DNA of 64,000 nt, from the NCBI GenBank assembly GCA_004764695.1, contig SMSO01000014.1, positions 3,901,648 to 3,965,647 on the forward strand, given 5' to 3'. This document shows, one piece after another, positions 11,489 through 21,782 of the stretch (position 1 is its first letter; the number at the start of each line of letters is the position of its first letter). Source of the DNA: Schizochytrium sp. TIO01 (Eukaryota > Protista > Bigyra: Labyrinthulomycetes). Both the position numbers and the translations under genes were made by a program. Below the pieces are notes generated by a model. The model saw nothing but the letters and a program-made list of their open reading frames with translations, did no database searches and was not told the origin of the DNA.

Positions 11489-12694
11489 TTATATGAAGGG
11501 CCGCGTGCGAGCAAACGCTGCAATTGCAGCAGATGAATCCAGAGTAATTTCAGGAAGTGAAGGCGACATGATTTCAGCTGCGTGCACAGCGCCCATGAGC
11601 TGCTTACAAGTTGCACGAACACCAGCCTTCAACAAGCGACGGTAAAAAAGGATCGCCTCATCTCGAAGAGGATCGAGTTCGGAAACTTGCATCGTTACAC
11701 GAGGGAACTGCTCAAGATCCTCATCCTTAGCAAAGGCAGCCCAGGACAATGCATCTTTATTCCGAAACGCCTCCAGGCTGTACTCCAATGCCGCTGTTTC
11801 ATTCTCAGGGAGGCCGAGAAAAATGTTGTTGTTTTCCGAGTCGAGATGGCTTGTGCCAAGAATACCATTGTTAGATTCATTTTGAGGCCAATTTCCGGCA
11901 ATATACGGACACAGTGGGTAAATTCCATGAGCGATGAGCTTCCTTTGGCCTTCGCGAATACACTTGATCGTAAGGCAAAGTGTAAGGTTGCCGCCACCAC
12001 TGTCGCCAGAAACAATGATACGGTCGTCAATATTGAGCGATTCCTTGTTTTCATGAATCCACTTGAGAGTAGAATAGCAATCGTTTAAACCTCCAGGGTA
12101 AGGGCTTGTATCAGGGTTCAACTCCGTAGGCACGGTGGTGTTGCGAAACTCAGGCGCAACAACAACAACCCCTTGTTTTGCGATGGTTTTAATGAAGGTG
12201 TAGTATTCGGGTACCATGATGCTGTTGAATGCCATGCCACCGCCATGAATATACATGACACATGGAAGGGGGCCTTCAACCCCAGCAGGCTTGAAGATAC
12301 CGACCGGGATGGTGTTATTATCAGACCCTGGGATCTTTTCGAAAGTGATCTCGAGATCGTCTTCATTGCTCAGCGCCTTGATGTCATCAGAGAGTTCAAT
12401 GGGTTTTTCATTCTCACAAATTGCCAGAAACTGAGGCAAATTTTTCTCAAGACGATGCTTCACCAGATCTTCGAAAGTCTTCTCCGAGTGGTTATGGCTG
12501 AGCAGTGTGTTAACAGCGAAAACCATCGGGCGCATTGTAGCCTGCTTGTACAAAGGGTGCACTCCAGGATTGCTCATAAAGCGATCCCATTGTTTAGCCA
12601 GGCGGGCGTCTACCGCTTTATTTTCGTCTTCGTGAATCATCTTGATGCCTTTTACTTGCTTCTTCGGTAACCAGTTGGAGTTTTGGATTTGCAT
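11489..12694 (-). CDS. Alpha/beta hydrolase, HSL family, copy 2 (tandem paralog)
   Basis: HGGG, PYPGGLNDC, GDSGG, ELDPLRDE and VHAAE motifs; colinear with 9132-10427. Alternative start MIHEDEN at 12640. Confidence 0.92.
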   Translation of the reverse strand: MQIQNSNWLPKKQVKGIKMIHEDENKAVDARLAKQWDRFMSNPGVHPLYKQATMRPMVFAVNTLLSHNHSEKTFEDLVKHRLEKNLPQFLAICENEKPIELSDDIKALSNEDDLEITFEKIPGSDNNTIPVGIFKPAGVEGPLPCVMYIHGGGMAFNSIMVPEYYTFIKTIAKQGVVVVAPEFRNTTVPTELNPDTSPYPGGLNDCYSTLKWIHENKESLNIDDRIIVSGDSGGGNLTLCLTIKCIREGQRKLIAHGIYPLCPYIAGNWPQNESNNGILGTSHLDSENNNIFLGLPENETAALEYSLEAFRNKDALSWAAFAKDEDLEQFPRVTMQVSELDPLRDEAILFYRRLLKAGVRATCKQLMGAVHAAEIMSPSLPEITLDSSAAIAAFARTRPFI

Positions 12695-14174
12695 CAACCT
12701 GGAGCAAGGTCTCTAGATATTTATGTTTCGTTTTGCCGAGGTCCGAAACTTGTTATTATCATTATCGTTTTATTAGTGGAATCTACCAGTGAATCCCACA
12801 AGCAGATCTGTCATGATCGTTTTACGAGAGAGTGCCAGCGCACCGACAGACAAAGCGATGCAGATCTTTCGCTGTTCTTACTACGGATACCATCATCACT
12901 TTGTTTAGATCTCTCGGACGATGTACTTTTGTGTCTTCGCGGCTTCCTGAGTTGCGACAAACAATGTCTTCTGATAGTAGAACATAGTAATTGGGTATGT
13001 GTCCGCATATGGAGGTCTGGGCGATTGATATTTTGAACTCCGATTAAGTAGAGTATCTTTGTGTCATTCTTGGTCCGGTCTTCCTATTTGACTATCCTTT
13101 TAGTATTAGGCTGCTTATGAAGGTGATAATACTTGGTATTGGTTGGTAATAGTACAACTATCTCGAGTTCACCAGTGCGATCTTTCATCACCTTTTGGTC
13201 GGACTATGCTGCGCTGCGTTCAAGTCCAAAACTTGACTGCTTAAGCTCGGCTATGTTTTTATAAAAATCAGAGACAGACAACCCCTGGAACAGTCTCTAA
13301 TATCTGAAAGGGTCGGCCTGACTAGGTATTCCTACGGACTGTGATGGCACTTGCTTCCCAAGTCAATTTTGGTGCGGACTTGGGCCAAAGATTAAATTAG
13401 GCACCTACGTATGTACTTATGTTCTTCAATCAAAGGAAATCCGTTCTTTCGTGGCTAAGATTGTTTCGTAGAATACACGCGAAGACCTTCGCAAATGCTC
13501 TTTTATGTACTGTGTTTACTTTTTTATTTCCTGGAGGCCACTACAATTGGACGAAGAACAATCACGAAAGCGTAGGTGACTGGAAACACGCACAAATTGG
13601 TCATTGCATTTTCTCAGATTTATTTTCTTCGAATCTGATTCGCTCTTTGGTGGAAACTGCTATGGATATTGAGTCTATCGCTGGGCAGGTAGATAGGTAA
13701 GTAGATAGGTAGGTAGATAGATACCTACCGAATATCCTAGGCGACCTCATCATGTTTGCCAAGAATGTTCAAATGCTTAAGTAAGTAGGAGTTGCAAAAT
13801 AAGCAAAGTAGTACCTAGGTGCAAACAAACATGCCCTCGCTGCTTTAGAGTTACTTCTCAAAAATGTGACTTCGATGTCCTGCGATTTTTGGTTTCGCAC
13901 CAGCTTCTTACATTGTCAATATGTAAGATCAAGTAAAGTTACTTTTGTCTTGGTTTTGGTAAAAAAGCTACCTACTACTACTAAAGCTTTCTGCCAAGGT
14001 AAGTGCACCATGAGGCAAGGCGCGGTGTGCTGCACAACCCCAAAGTAAAGTGGGTCGGACGGACTTGGAATGATATCGAGGCAACAAGATCTTGGCACGG
14101 CTGGACTTGTCAAAGTCAATTCATGCGCAAGAGTAGAGCCTAGGTTAGATAGACTCTGCGCCTTGTGGAGCGAA

Positions 14175-15263
14175 ATGTCCAAACGTGCTGTCATCACCAA
14201 GCCAGGCAAGTCCTTTGAAGACGCCTTGCAACATTTGGAGGTCTTAGACGATGATCGTGGCCTGGAGTCACAGGTTCTTCAAGATGGCGAGGTGCTTGTG
14301 AAGGTGAAGGCTACCTGCATTAACTTCCCTGACCTCTTGCAAACGACCAATGGATACCAACACAAACAAGAGTTTCCGTACACCCCAGGTCTCGAGGTGT
14401 CCGGGGTGATCTCGCGAGTCGGTCCTAATGTTCGCACCCCGCAACTTGAAGAAGGTGTGTCTGTCATGATTATGACAAAGGGACTAGGACTTGCTTCGTA
14501 TATAGTTGTGAACGAGGCGCAATGTATGGTAATGCCTTCACCATTAAGCTATGCTGAAGGTGCTGCGTACCGCATGGGTTACGAGACTGCCTTCCACAGC
14601 TTAGTTGAGCGCGGCCTTATCCAAGTTGATGATGTGGTTCTGGTTTCAGGCGCTACCGGAGGCATGGGACTAGCGGCTGCACAGCTCGCTAAAAAGGTTT
14701 TTGGTTGCACAGTCATTGCTGCTGGCGGGGCTGATGACAAACTTGAAACTGTTAAGCAGGTGAGCGGTGCAGACCATGTGATCAATTACAACAAGGACCC
14801 GAAATTTAGTCAGCGTGTGAAAGAGCTCACCAACGGCAAGGGCGCGACGCTAGTATTTGATACTGTTGGCGGAGAAGTATTCCAGCAGGCCCTTCGTAGC
14901 ACTGCATTTGGGGCTCGAGTTCTTATTGTAGGATTTACGAGCGGCGAAAGACCCAAAGTTCCAACAAACTATGTGCTAATTAAGTGTCTGTCAATTATTG
15001 GTTGCCGGGCTGGAGAGGTGCTGTTACGCATTCCAGATGCGACAAACCTTATCAGTGGGCCTCGAAGAATTCGTTTGACCCAATATGGGAACAAAGGATG
15101 GCTTAAGTCTCATGTATCTCACACCTTTCCTTTTACAACAGAAGGTGTACGGGACGCTTACCGAGCACTTATGAATCGTCAAGTAGTTGGCCGTGTATGC
15201 GTTGTGCAAGATGATTCTAAATCTTCATTCTCTTCTTCGGCTGTTCGTGCTGCAAAGCTTTAA
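14175..15263 (+). CDS. NADPH:quinone oxidoreductase-like MDR family protein, probably peroxisomal
   Basis: INFPD..G.YQ...FPYTPGLEVSG GroES-like domain, GATGGMG NAD(P)-binding motif, FDTVGG and GRVCV. The C-terminus ends in AKL, a PTS1 variant. The ORF track starts at 14070; MSKRAV at 14175 fits the domain start. Confidence 0.9.
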   Translation: MSKRAVITKPGKSFEDALQHLEVLDDDRGLESQVLQDGEVLVKVKATCINFPDLLQTTNGYQHKQEFPYTPGLEVSGVISRVGPNVRTPQLEEGVSVMIMTKGLGLASYIVVNEAQCMVMPSPLSYAEGAAYRMGYETAFHSLVERGLIQVDDVVLVSGATGGMGLAAAQLAKKVFGCTVIAAGGADDKLETVKQVSGADHVINYNKDPKFSQRVKELTNGKGATLVFDTVGGEVFQQALRSTAFGARVLIVGFTSGERPKVPTNYVLIKCLSIIGCRAGEVLLRIPDATNLISGPRRIRLTQYGNKGWLKSHVSHTFPFTTEGVRDAYRALMNRQVVGRVCVVQDDSKSSFSSSAVRAAKL

Positions 15264-15475
15264 ATATTATTAATTAAGACTTTTCATGATTAAATCAAGA
15301 TTATTACTAAATCATCTTCTGGAACCTTTTCGCGTGTCTTCGTTCTTGCCATGAATATTGAGCCAAAAGAAAACAAATGCAAATGCATTTTTTATTTTTT
15401 AAGAGCTATATTATGCAAAATAATGTTTAACCCTAGCAGAGTACGCATGGGTTTCGTTCAACTTTAGATGATACT

Positions 15476-16741
15476 TCATGAGCTAGCACTATTGTCCTTG
15501 GCGTCATCCTTGGCGTCGCCGTCTGACTTGGGCTGCTTGTTTGGGTTGTAACCAAGCGTGCCACCCTTTGTTTCGGGGAGATCCTTCTCGTGTAGAAACG
15601 GGGTCGATACACGCCCAGAAGCACCCTCAAAGTATAGCTTGCCCTCAGCCAAATCAATGCTGCAGCGGTGCCGCTTGAGCATATCGAGACCAAGTAGCAT
15701 CTCCATGTTCGAATCACCCAGGCCCTGTGAATCATCCATTACGGTGAGCGAGATGGTGAAGTTATCTGTGCCAATTTTGCACATAGCAAGGTGAACGCGT
15801 CCAAGGGTGCGACCAGTACCAACTCCAACCACCTGGCCAGCAAACCGTTTGTCAATATCTTTGTAAAGATTGCATTTTTCAGCGCACTTGCCACTCATGA
15901 CCGAGGACTGTGCACCACTATCTACGAAAGCTTGCAGAGCCACACCGTTGATTTCAATTTCAATGTAAAGCATGAGAACACGCGAGAGGGACTCTGGGTA
16001 ATACTGCATCATTTGCATGTACTGTTCCTGGATGCGTTGTTCCTGAATTTTCTCTCCAAAATACTTATTCGCCTCCTCGTCCATAGGATTCAGGTGCAGA
16101 CGGTTCTCCATCTCTCGGTCCTTGCGCTCTGATGTCATCTTTGTGATAGTAGAAACCGTAGCATTCATCATCAGAAACATACGTAGCTCACGAATTGCTG
16201 TAGCGCGGTCTTTGCGCATGTGTGCTGCCAATTCCTCATTATGAAAGTTGAGCTCCTGCAACACTTTAGGATTGGCCTGAAGAATATCTACAATGTGCTC
16301 TGGGTTCGTGTTATGCGCCATAACTTCGTCCACAGACATTCCTTCATAAAATACAGGTCCTTGGTTACCTTGGGGTCCGGCACCCACTGCCCAAGACCTC
16401 TGCGCGGGTCGTCGGCTTGCCACTGCTCCCGAAGACGCTGCAGCTCCAACTGCATTTTGACTCGAGGTTGCCGACATCGAAGCTGGTGCAGAAGTTGAAG
16501 TCGAGGAGGAGGCCGGTGCAAGAGGGCGATCTGAGACAAGCACAAGATCGTTCGGTTTCGCACCGGATTCACCAAGGGTACCCTCTTTAGGCAAGGCCTT
16601 GCCGTTGATGACGAGGACCATCTTATCCTGGGGAACTCCAAGCATTGCCTCGGCGAATCCGCGGACGTCACCCATCGCCATGGACTCCGGAAGATCTAGA
16701 GGCTCGAGGCGCCCGTCGGGCGTGCTAAAGGTGAGCTGCAT
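15476..16741 (-). CDS. DDI1: DNA damage-inducible protein 1 (UBL + helical domain + retroviral-like aspartic protease)
   Basis: N-terminal ubiquitin-like domain; MLYIEIEING..LQAFVDSGAQ (catalytic DSG), IDKRFAG...GVGT, LLGLDMLKRH.C.IDL and PFLHEKDLP. Confidence 0.95.
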   Translation of the reverse strand: MQLTFSTPDGRLEPLDLPESMAMGDVRGFAEAMLGVPQDKMVLVINGKALPKEGTLGESGAKPNDLVLVSDRPLAPASSSTSTSAPASMSATSSQNAVGAAASSGAVASRRPAQRSWAVGAGPQGNQGPVFYEGMSVDEVMAHNTNPEHIVDILQANPKVLQELNFHNEELAAHMRKDRATAIRELRMFLMMNATVSTITKMTSERKDREMENRLHLNPMDEEANKYFGEKIQEQRIQEQYMQMMQYYPESLSRVLMLYIEIEINGVALQAFVDSGAQSSVMSGKCAEKCNLYKDIDKRFAGQVVGVGTGRTLGRVHLAMCKIGTDNFTISLTVMDDSQGLGDSNMEMLLGLDMLKRHRCSIDLAEGKLYFEGASGRVSTPFLHEKDLPETKGGTLGYNPNKQPKSDGDAKDDAKDNSASS

Positions 16742-17538
16742 TGATGCAAAGTGCCTCGCGACTCGCTGAGTGACTGTGGCTTCTTGAAAAAAATTGGTGA
16801 TACCGGTTTTGCTTTCGCTGGTGCTCTCATAAATGTGAACTACCTCCTACTAACTCTCTTCAACTTTATTATTATTATTTTCCCTTCTTCTTTTATATTA
16901 GTTATTATTAAAAAGCTCTTGAGAACCTGAATGAAGTTCTCTAGGATTCGCCGAATTGTAGAAAGCCTTTCTCGGCAAAAGCCTGTGATTTTGGTTTTTA
17001 GTGGAACTCAGACTATCAGGAAATTTCAGAAAGATAGTTGAGAGGAGTAACAAGAACACCTAGAAAGCTGACATGTGATTTGCGTGAAAGATAGAATGAT
17101 CTTGAATACAAGACTTTGGTTAGGAAAAGGCGAAGTAATGAAGATTTTTTTATAAGAGAATGAATACTTTGTTGGCAGGTAGTCCTATGCATCTTTGCTT
17201 ACAAGCGAGACTTTGTTTGCAAATGCATGCCTCCCCTATTGCATAGACTTAGGGTTGTACAAAAGTGTACAAAAGTGGCTATGGGTTCTTTGATGTGCAG
17301 GATTAAATGTGCAGCCCACATGAAGATTTTCATATGAGGCTAAGTGAGAGGAACATAAAACAGCGCCAGTGATGTCGGCTTAATCAAATAGAAGGGATTT
17401 CGGACTGTTTCCGAAAACATGGGATGTGCTTTTAGATTTCAGCAGCATGTCGTTAGCGAAATATAGGGTTGAGCGAAAATATTGAATTTTCTATTCACGG
17501 CTAGAGAGAGTTGGAAGGACCATTGTATATCGATCTGA

Positions 17539-18255
17539 TTAATCATAGCCGAAAATAATGTTAGTTTTCTGCTGTGCCTGCTTGGAGCTTAACAAACTAG
17601 GGGGTGGTCTCTCACGAACATCGTGACCCGGAAAGCGGTTTGAAGTGGAATATGATAATTGATCTATGCCAAACGAAACAGCAGAGGTCTTTAAAGTATC
17701 CACGAAAGTCTTGATACGTCTCTTCTCCTCCTTACGTGAAATGTCGCTGATCTCGTGATCAACAAAAGATGTCTGAGTTTGAGTCTGCACAGGGCCTGTT
17801 TCATAACCCCAGGTAATGTTTGATTTCTGAGCTCGCTTCACTGACTTGTTCTCTTCAATAAATCGTTCTGTATGATGCGCCATCTCGTCAAAGCTTGGGC
17901 CTTTGTTTGACCTGGTGTACGATGGGGCGTCATAACCAAGAATGAAATTAGCTTTTTTAAGATTGTCGCCATGGTTAATCTCAACTGGTGGGAAACCCGA
18001 CAGGCGGGGATCAGGCAGGCCATTGCTTGTTGAATATGGGGCCTTCTCGGTACCAAAGTCCCAATGCACTGTTTTGTTGTCTGGATTGACTTGTTCTGTA
18101 AAATGCTTTGCCCCGAATCGAGCTATGCTATCTTTTGTTGCCGCCATGCAGCTTCCTGTTGTAGTCGTATAATCCGGGTCGTCATATCCGAAGATGATAC
18201 GCTTCGTCATGTTGCTTGCTCTTCGGAAGTACTCGTTGCTCGTCTCAGAGGCCAC
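17539..18255 (-). CDS. Repeat protein with six [IFW]x[FLW]Gx[DE]...YxTS-type motifs; candidate ciliary microtubule-inner protein (SAXO5/TEX45-like)
   Basis: Repeats RIIFGYD, HWDFGTE, NFILGYD, NITWGYE, AVSFGID and NIIFGYD; the first five are followed by Y.TT/YSTSN-like segments. The 5' end is uncertain: CAG|GTG at 18255 may be an intron acceptor, and the first ATG is at 18210. Confidence 0.6.
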   Translation of the reverse strand: MASETSNEYFRRASNMTKRIIFGYDDPDYTTTTGSCMAATKDSIARFGAKHFTEQVNPDNKTVHWDFGTEKAPYSTSNGLPDPRLSGFPPVEINHGDNLKKANFILGYDAPSYTRSNKGPSFDEMAHHTERFIEENKSVKRAQKSNITWGYETGPVQTQTQTSFVDHEISDISRKEEKRRIKTFVDTLKTSAVSFGIDQLSYSTSNRFPGHDVRERPPPSLLSSKQAQQKTNIIFGYD

Positions 18256-21011
18256 CTGCGCGAATGACTACCGCAGCCAGGGCGCGCGCTTTGCTCGTCT
18301 GCGGTCTCCCGCACAAGCGTACAAGTGATTGCTCGCGAAATCCGAGAGTGCCACATTAAGAACTCCATATTGTTGTACCTAACAGCTTTCAGTGGTATGA
18401 ATGAAAGTACACACCTCGAACGGACACATTTCAAGTCTTGAGCGTATCACTATGATATGCACGGACCAATTCTGATGCAGTGGAAGATGTAAGATTCTGG
18501 CAATTGGGAGCAGATTCCAGGTCGGCCGTTTGGTTGCATACGGTACTGTGGCTTCTCAGTGTGCGGAAGATGCATTGCGAGGCATTTAGTTTGTTTTCAC
18601 TATTCACTATTGGGATTCATGACAGAAATCTCAAATACATCTGGTGGTACTAGCAAACCACAAAAGGTTCTAGACGTGAGCGGTCTGTCAATGTCTGTGC
18701 ACGGAAATGATCTTGGCTTATTGTGTTGCAGGGTAATAGTTTCACGTCGAGCGGTCTTTTGCGTTTGCGAGAGCATCTTTCTTTGCTGTTGCTAACGCTG
18801 TTTATTAATGGGCACATTTCGACGAGACGGTCTGGCCACCCGAGAAAGCTGCGTGCAATTGCGCAGAATCGTGTAGTAAGGCAATGCATGCGACTAATTT
18901 ATTAAAGTGCTTCTATTTTCCGATAGGAAAATGTTAGAGCAATTAGCGTTTTGAGAGCGACTTCATCGTATTGGCGTCCAAATAGTATTATTTATTAATT
19001 TGTTTTTAATTAGAAACAACTACTTGCAGTGTTGACGAAAATAACATGCTCCACAAATAGCACGTCTTGATAGGATATTAAGCAACAAAGCAAGCTTTCT
19101 TTCAAAGTCCCTTTACATGGTCACCTCCAAATCATAACAAACACAAGTATGTTGATGATATATAGTTGAATCCTCGAACAATTCACTCTTTTGGCCAGGT
19201 AAGAATTATTGAAAATAAGAAAAACACTAACTACATAAATGTCCGCAAGGCTTATGAAATACTCTGAGTGAAGGTTATGCACGCACGCCATATTTTTTTG
19301 AAAGCTGGATTAAACATGTTCCATCCTCTGGAATATACTAGCTACCTAGGCATCTGGCTAGAGGTAGTGACAGTGCTTTTCAGAATTGTGTTTGTGGATC
19401 TTCAGTTCCTGCACCATAATTCTGTAGGGTTTTAGACATTGGCCCATTGGTTGCTCTCTTTAAATCTTCCTTCCTTAGTATTGAGCATGCAGAGTGCCCT
19501 GAAACTACAAATGGGTGGTCACGAACCTTGCAGCAATGCGACCTTGGATATTTTATCCACTAAACAAAGCAAAGCCAGCATCGCAGAATGATTGTGCAAC
19601 CTCCACACAAGTACTTTTATTATATTCTTTACCCTCTAGAAAAGTCTATCGTAGGGTGACCCACGCAAACCTTTTATCGGTGATCTTTTAACCTGCCCAG
19701 TAGACCTCACTTCTTCTTTACCTCCTACCACTATCAACAGAACCATGATGTCGTTTGCGAAGGTAACTATCAAGATAGCTTATGAACATCTCTAATGCAG
19801 AGACATTTTAGCCAATACCTTCAATAAGTCAAACGCGTTGGCCGGTTTTTCATGATGCTACTTTGAGAATGATCTAATACCGAGTATTACGTGGCTCTCT
19901 GAAGGCTTTGAAATGAAGGAGCTAATACCAACGCAGCTGTGGCAGGTACTCGCGGTCTCGTGGTGGCGCTGGAGCCCAAAGCGCATGTGAAGGCTGGTTG
20001 GCGACCTCGTTGAAGATCCAGCAGGATTGATGGTCGATCGGCTTGTTGTTGGTTCAGTGGAGCCTGACCTTTCCACCAAGTCAGTTGATTAAATAGGAAC
20101 TCTGCTCCACGATGTGGGCTTCCTGCCATCGATTCTTCTGGCCTAATGCCCAGGTCATCATCGCGCGCAATAAGAGAGCCTGCTTCTCAATCTTGGGTAA
20201 CGCAAGCAAATTGGCAGCCGTGTACAGAATTCTTTTACTTTTCCACGCAGCTGGCTGGTCCCATCAGCCATGATTAGAGCGTACTGGCGTGCGCAGGAGT
20301 GGAGTTAAACGAAACGAAACGAAACGAAAATAAAACCTCTTCTTTTCTCTCTCTATACCTTGAATCATCTTTTTAAAATTTTGATTTTTTAATAATAATA
20401 ATGAAAATAATGATAATGATAATAATGATAAAACGAAACGACGATTGAGAGTTCATACAACCCGCGCGTTGACATGTCAACTGAATATGACCTCTGGGTC
20501 CGGGCTCTTGTCGTGGGGTCCTAAGGATCTCTAAGTGTCCCTTAGCTGAAGCTAGAGAGCGTTGAAGTCAGACGTGAGAATATGATGGGAAGCAACTAAG
20601 ACCGAACTAAGTGATCTTAGAGGAAAGTGGTTCAAGAATGAATGTTATAACCAGGAAAACAAAGCTGGTGAGTAGCCCCGTCGATACATCCGAGAGAGGC
20701 GGTGGCTGGCATGCAAGCACATGGGCACCCAGGGGCGTCTCTATGATCGATATATCTCCACCTGGAGCTGCCTCGCACTCGCTGCGCTTTTCCGTGAGCA
20801 TCTCTGTATTCCGAGCTTTCCGCTGGCGCATCTCGAGCCTTAGCTTAGCCTCTACCCTACTCCTACCGTTCCGCCTAGCACGATGCCTCGCTGAGTTTTT
20901 CCTTTAACTTCTTCTTCTTCTTCTTCGTCTTCTTTCGAAAGAAAGAAGAATCCCGCCCTCCTACTGGTCGGTAGGCAGGTGCTAGGCAAGCATTGGTCTA
21001 GAGAACTTTGC

Positions 21012-21140
21012 ATGTATGTATGTATGTATGTATGTATGTATGTATGTATGTATGTATGTATGTATGTATGTATGTATGTATGTATGTATGTATGTATGTA
21101 TGTATGTATGTATGTATGTATGTATGTATGTATGTATGTA
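21012..21140. repeat. (ATGT)n microsatellite, about 32 units
   Basis: Perfect tetranucleotide tract read directly from the sequence. Confidence 0.98.
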
Positions 21141-21344
21141 CATATATATAAGAAGAACATGGACATGGCAATAAGAAGAAGGCGGTAAGAGCTCATATAC
21201 TAGACCTGCGTAGCACTAGCACTGTGCCTCTCTCTCTTAGAGGACGATATGATATGATATGGGCATTCATTCATTCCATGATAATGCTGAGAGTGAGTGA
21301 GAAGAGGAATGAGAGAAACTTATTGTGCGTAGTAGGAGGTACCA

Positions 21345-21782
21345 TTAGAAGTAGTCTACCTTCTGGTATAGCAGCAAATAAGTTAAATCCCGTTTGATCG
21401 TCGCCCTCGACCTTGAGCGCCAGGGGGGCCGTCGGGCCCTGCCCGGAGGGATCCTCGCTGTGTGCGGGTCGGCGGGCTCCACTCTGGGGCCCTCCAATCG
21501 TACGCCTGGGCTGATGTTTCCTCTTGACTGTGGCCTGTTTTCTTGTTCTCCGTCGCTTCGGTCCTCGTCGTGTTCACCGTCATCGTCAACTTCTTCGTCT
21601 TCGACGTCCGCATCGGCGCGCTTCTCGAGGCTTCTGATCTTCTGCAGCTCGATGATGCTGCTACCGACGTTCTCGCTCTGCTCTTCGCTGTCCACCACCT
21701 CTGTCTCTGCCTCTGACCCAGGGTCGCGCCTCGCCGCCCCTCTGCTGCTACGCTGGACCGAGTACCAGGCCGAGGACGCCAT
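21345..21782 (-). CDS. Possible acidic low-complexity protein or first exon, divergent from the 21781-24237 gene
   Basis: Asp/Glu-rich ORF starting at a gccATGg on the minus strand; possible donor AAG|GTAGAC near 21360. Could instead be an antisense shadow of the plus-strand ORF. Confidence 0.3.
   Translation of the reverse strand: MASSAWYSVQRSSRGAARRDPGSEAETEVVDSEEQSENVGSSIIELQKIRSLEKRADADVEDEEVDDDGEHDEDRSDGEQENRPQSRGNISPGVRLEGPRVEPADPHTARIPPGRARRPPWRSRSRATIKRDLTYLLLYQKVDYF

Noticed and set aside
13200-13250. tRNA-like GTTCAAGTCC motif
   Set aside because: No cloverleaf, acceptor stem or A-box could be built around it.
19858-20220. Possible PIF1/Helitron helicase fragment (AGTRGLVVAL)
   Set aside because: A single weak motif with multiple stops and no other helicase motifs.
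20852-21196. YIHT/MYVC repeat ORFs
   Set aside because: Translations of the (ATGT)n microsatellite.
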